From Wickerhamiella versatilis (Eukaryota): a DNA stretch of 64,000 nt. The DNA is taken from contig JAQOWU010000007.1 of NCBI GenBank assembly GCA_030867685.1, positions 2,232,001-2,296,000 on the forward strand. Direction: 5' to 3'. The translations under genes and the position numbers were made by a program. This document shows positions 62,933 to 64,000 of the stretch, one piece after another. Under the pieces are notes generated by a model. The model was given only the letters and a program-made list of their open reading frames with translations. It was not told where the DNA came from and ran no database searches. The stretch's first letter is position 1, and each line of letters opens with the position of its first letter.

Positions 62933-63571
62933 TCAACCACGGCGGCGTCTCCTTCTTCCCCTATTTGGGAAATTTGCCTTTCGTGACCGACGAGAGTGCA
63001 TCACAGGATCATCTGATGAATTCTTGTAGCAATCAGTTGCTCTCTGGATTATTCCCCGTCGGCCTCGTATGTCAGGATTGAGATAGGCAAGACACCACCC
63101 AATTTGATTACTGGTTTGTTCAAACTTTCGTCGTCTCCCTGTGTACTCAGATAGTGGAACCATTGCATTGGGATATATACAGTTCTCCTTACGAAAATCT
63201 TCGTCAAGACTATCCAGATCTACTGTCTCGATATCGCATCGAAGGACGTGGTTTCGTAGCGAACCATACTGCGAATAAGTGAAGGAAAGAGTGGGCTTGG
63301 TCTCGGTAGCTTCGTAGTCTGAAAAGCATGAGTAACTGTCAGACAAAGTACTGGAAACTGAGCCCCGACTAGAGCTAAATGATCCGGGTCTCGGACTAGT
63401 GACATCATGATCTCCAGCTTCTTCTTCTTCACGAAAGAGAGAGGGTAGTAATATATCAGGCTGCGCAGTTAATAAATATATTGGTGAATTCCAATTTAAT
63501 GGGGCAGCTTTCATACCCGCTCCTCGGAGAGTTTGGGGCCGATCCGTCATGTTAAACGGCTGCTCCACCAT
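62933..63571 (-). CDS. Conserved fungal protein of unknown function with a basic C-terminal tail (possible NLS)
   Basis: F.YS...RCDIE.V....L...F..ENC.YP.A......Y.G.R...E...N..GW.LA.LNP..RG.RG.IQRA.D...NS...SRR is a recognisable conserved fungal domain. Confidence 0.75.
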   Translation of the reverse strand: MVEQPFNMTDRPQTLRGAGMKAAPLNWNSPIYLLTAQPDILLPSLFREEEEAGDHDVTSPRPGSFSSSRGSVSSTLSDSYSCFSDYEATETKPTLSFTYSQYGSLRNHVLRCDIETVDLDSLDEDFRKENCIYPNAMVPLSEYTGRRRKFEQTSNQIGWCLAYLNPDIRGRRGIIQRATDCYKNSSDDPVMHSRRSRKANFPNRGRRRRRRG

Positions 63572-64000
63572 TTATCCTGATGGTCCTTCTCGTCAACAAC
63601 TTGATCTTAGAACGCTAGTGGCACCTAGAAGTACCGATGTGAAGAGGCAAATCGTAACAATGCTATATAAGAGTTACGTATTCCTATGCGGAAAACCCGT
63701 GGGAGAGACCCAAACCCATCCCCGCAAGTCCTATAATTTTATGGGCGAATTTCGATGCCCAAAAGCTATGAAAACTTTCTTGAGCATCGTGTATATACTA
63801 CAAATCAACCTGAAAAGAGTAGCGGGATTGTGGATCGTATGTTGTTCCCAGTTGCATCGGTTAAATGCAAGGGGTCCGGCTTTCGTGGGCAAGTCGTTTT
63901 CGAACTAATTTCCACATTAGCTGGATTTTTAACGATATTTAAAAGTACATGGAGTGGTATAATTGCTCCGGTTCTCAATGGTAGAATTTTACAAGTGTGT

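Overview
Gene-dense, essentially intronless eukaryotic DNA from a budding yeast (Saccharomycotina), with about 39 protein-coding genes and one pseudogene. The compact intergenic regions and several bacterial-looking genes fit the Wickerhamiella/Starmerella clade, but that taxonomy is inference. The first ~20 kb is housekeeping: ferric-reductase C-terminus, CorA, ATG15, PIN nuclease, CHL1, ATP10, a RECQ5-like helicase, DPH5, TAG1-like, ILV6, CDC21, RRN7 and ATG1. From ~21 kb the window is mostly transporters and cell-wall genes: MFS, APC, MATE, NHA, two Pir-like genes, GH76, GT31 and a GPI wall protein. Between 39 and 63 kb lie several genes that resemble bacterial proteins more than yeast ones: an acyltransferase-3, a short LOG phosphoribohydrolase, an actinobacterial-type formylglycine-generating enzyme, an HpxA-like allantoin/hydantoin racemase and a DUF6314-like protein. 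A decayed GNAT of uncertain origin sits next to LOG. Other oddities are two otherwise intact ORFs with no usable ATG (MATE and DUF6314-like), a secreted SOD1-type Cu,Zn-SOD, a GH76 with a sequon-packed tail instead of a GPI signal, and rearranged Pir proteins. I found no tRNA, rRNA, CRISPR array or intact transposon. All family calls come from motif recognition by eye; no database searches were run.
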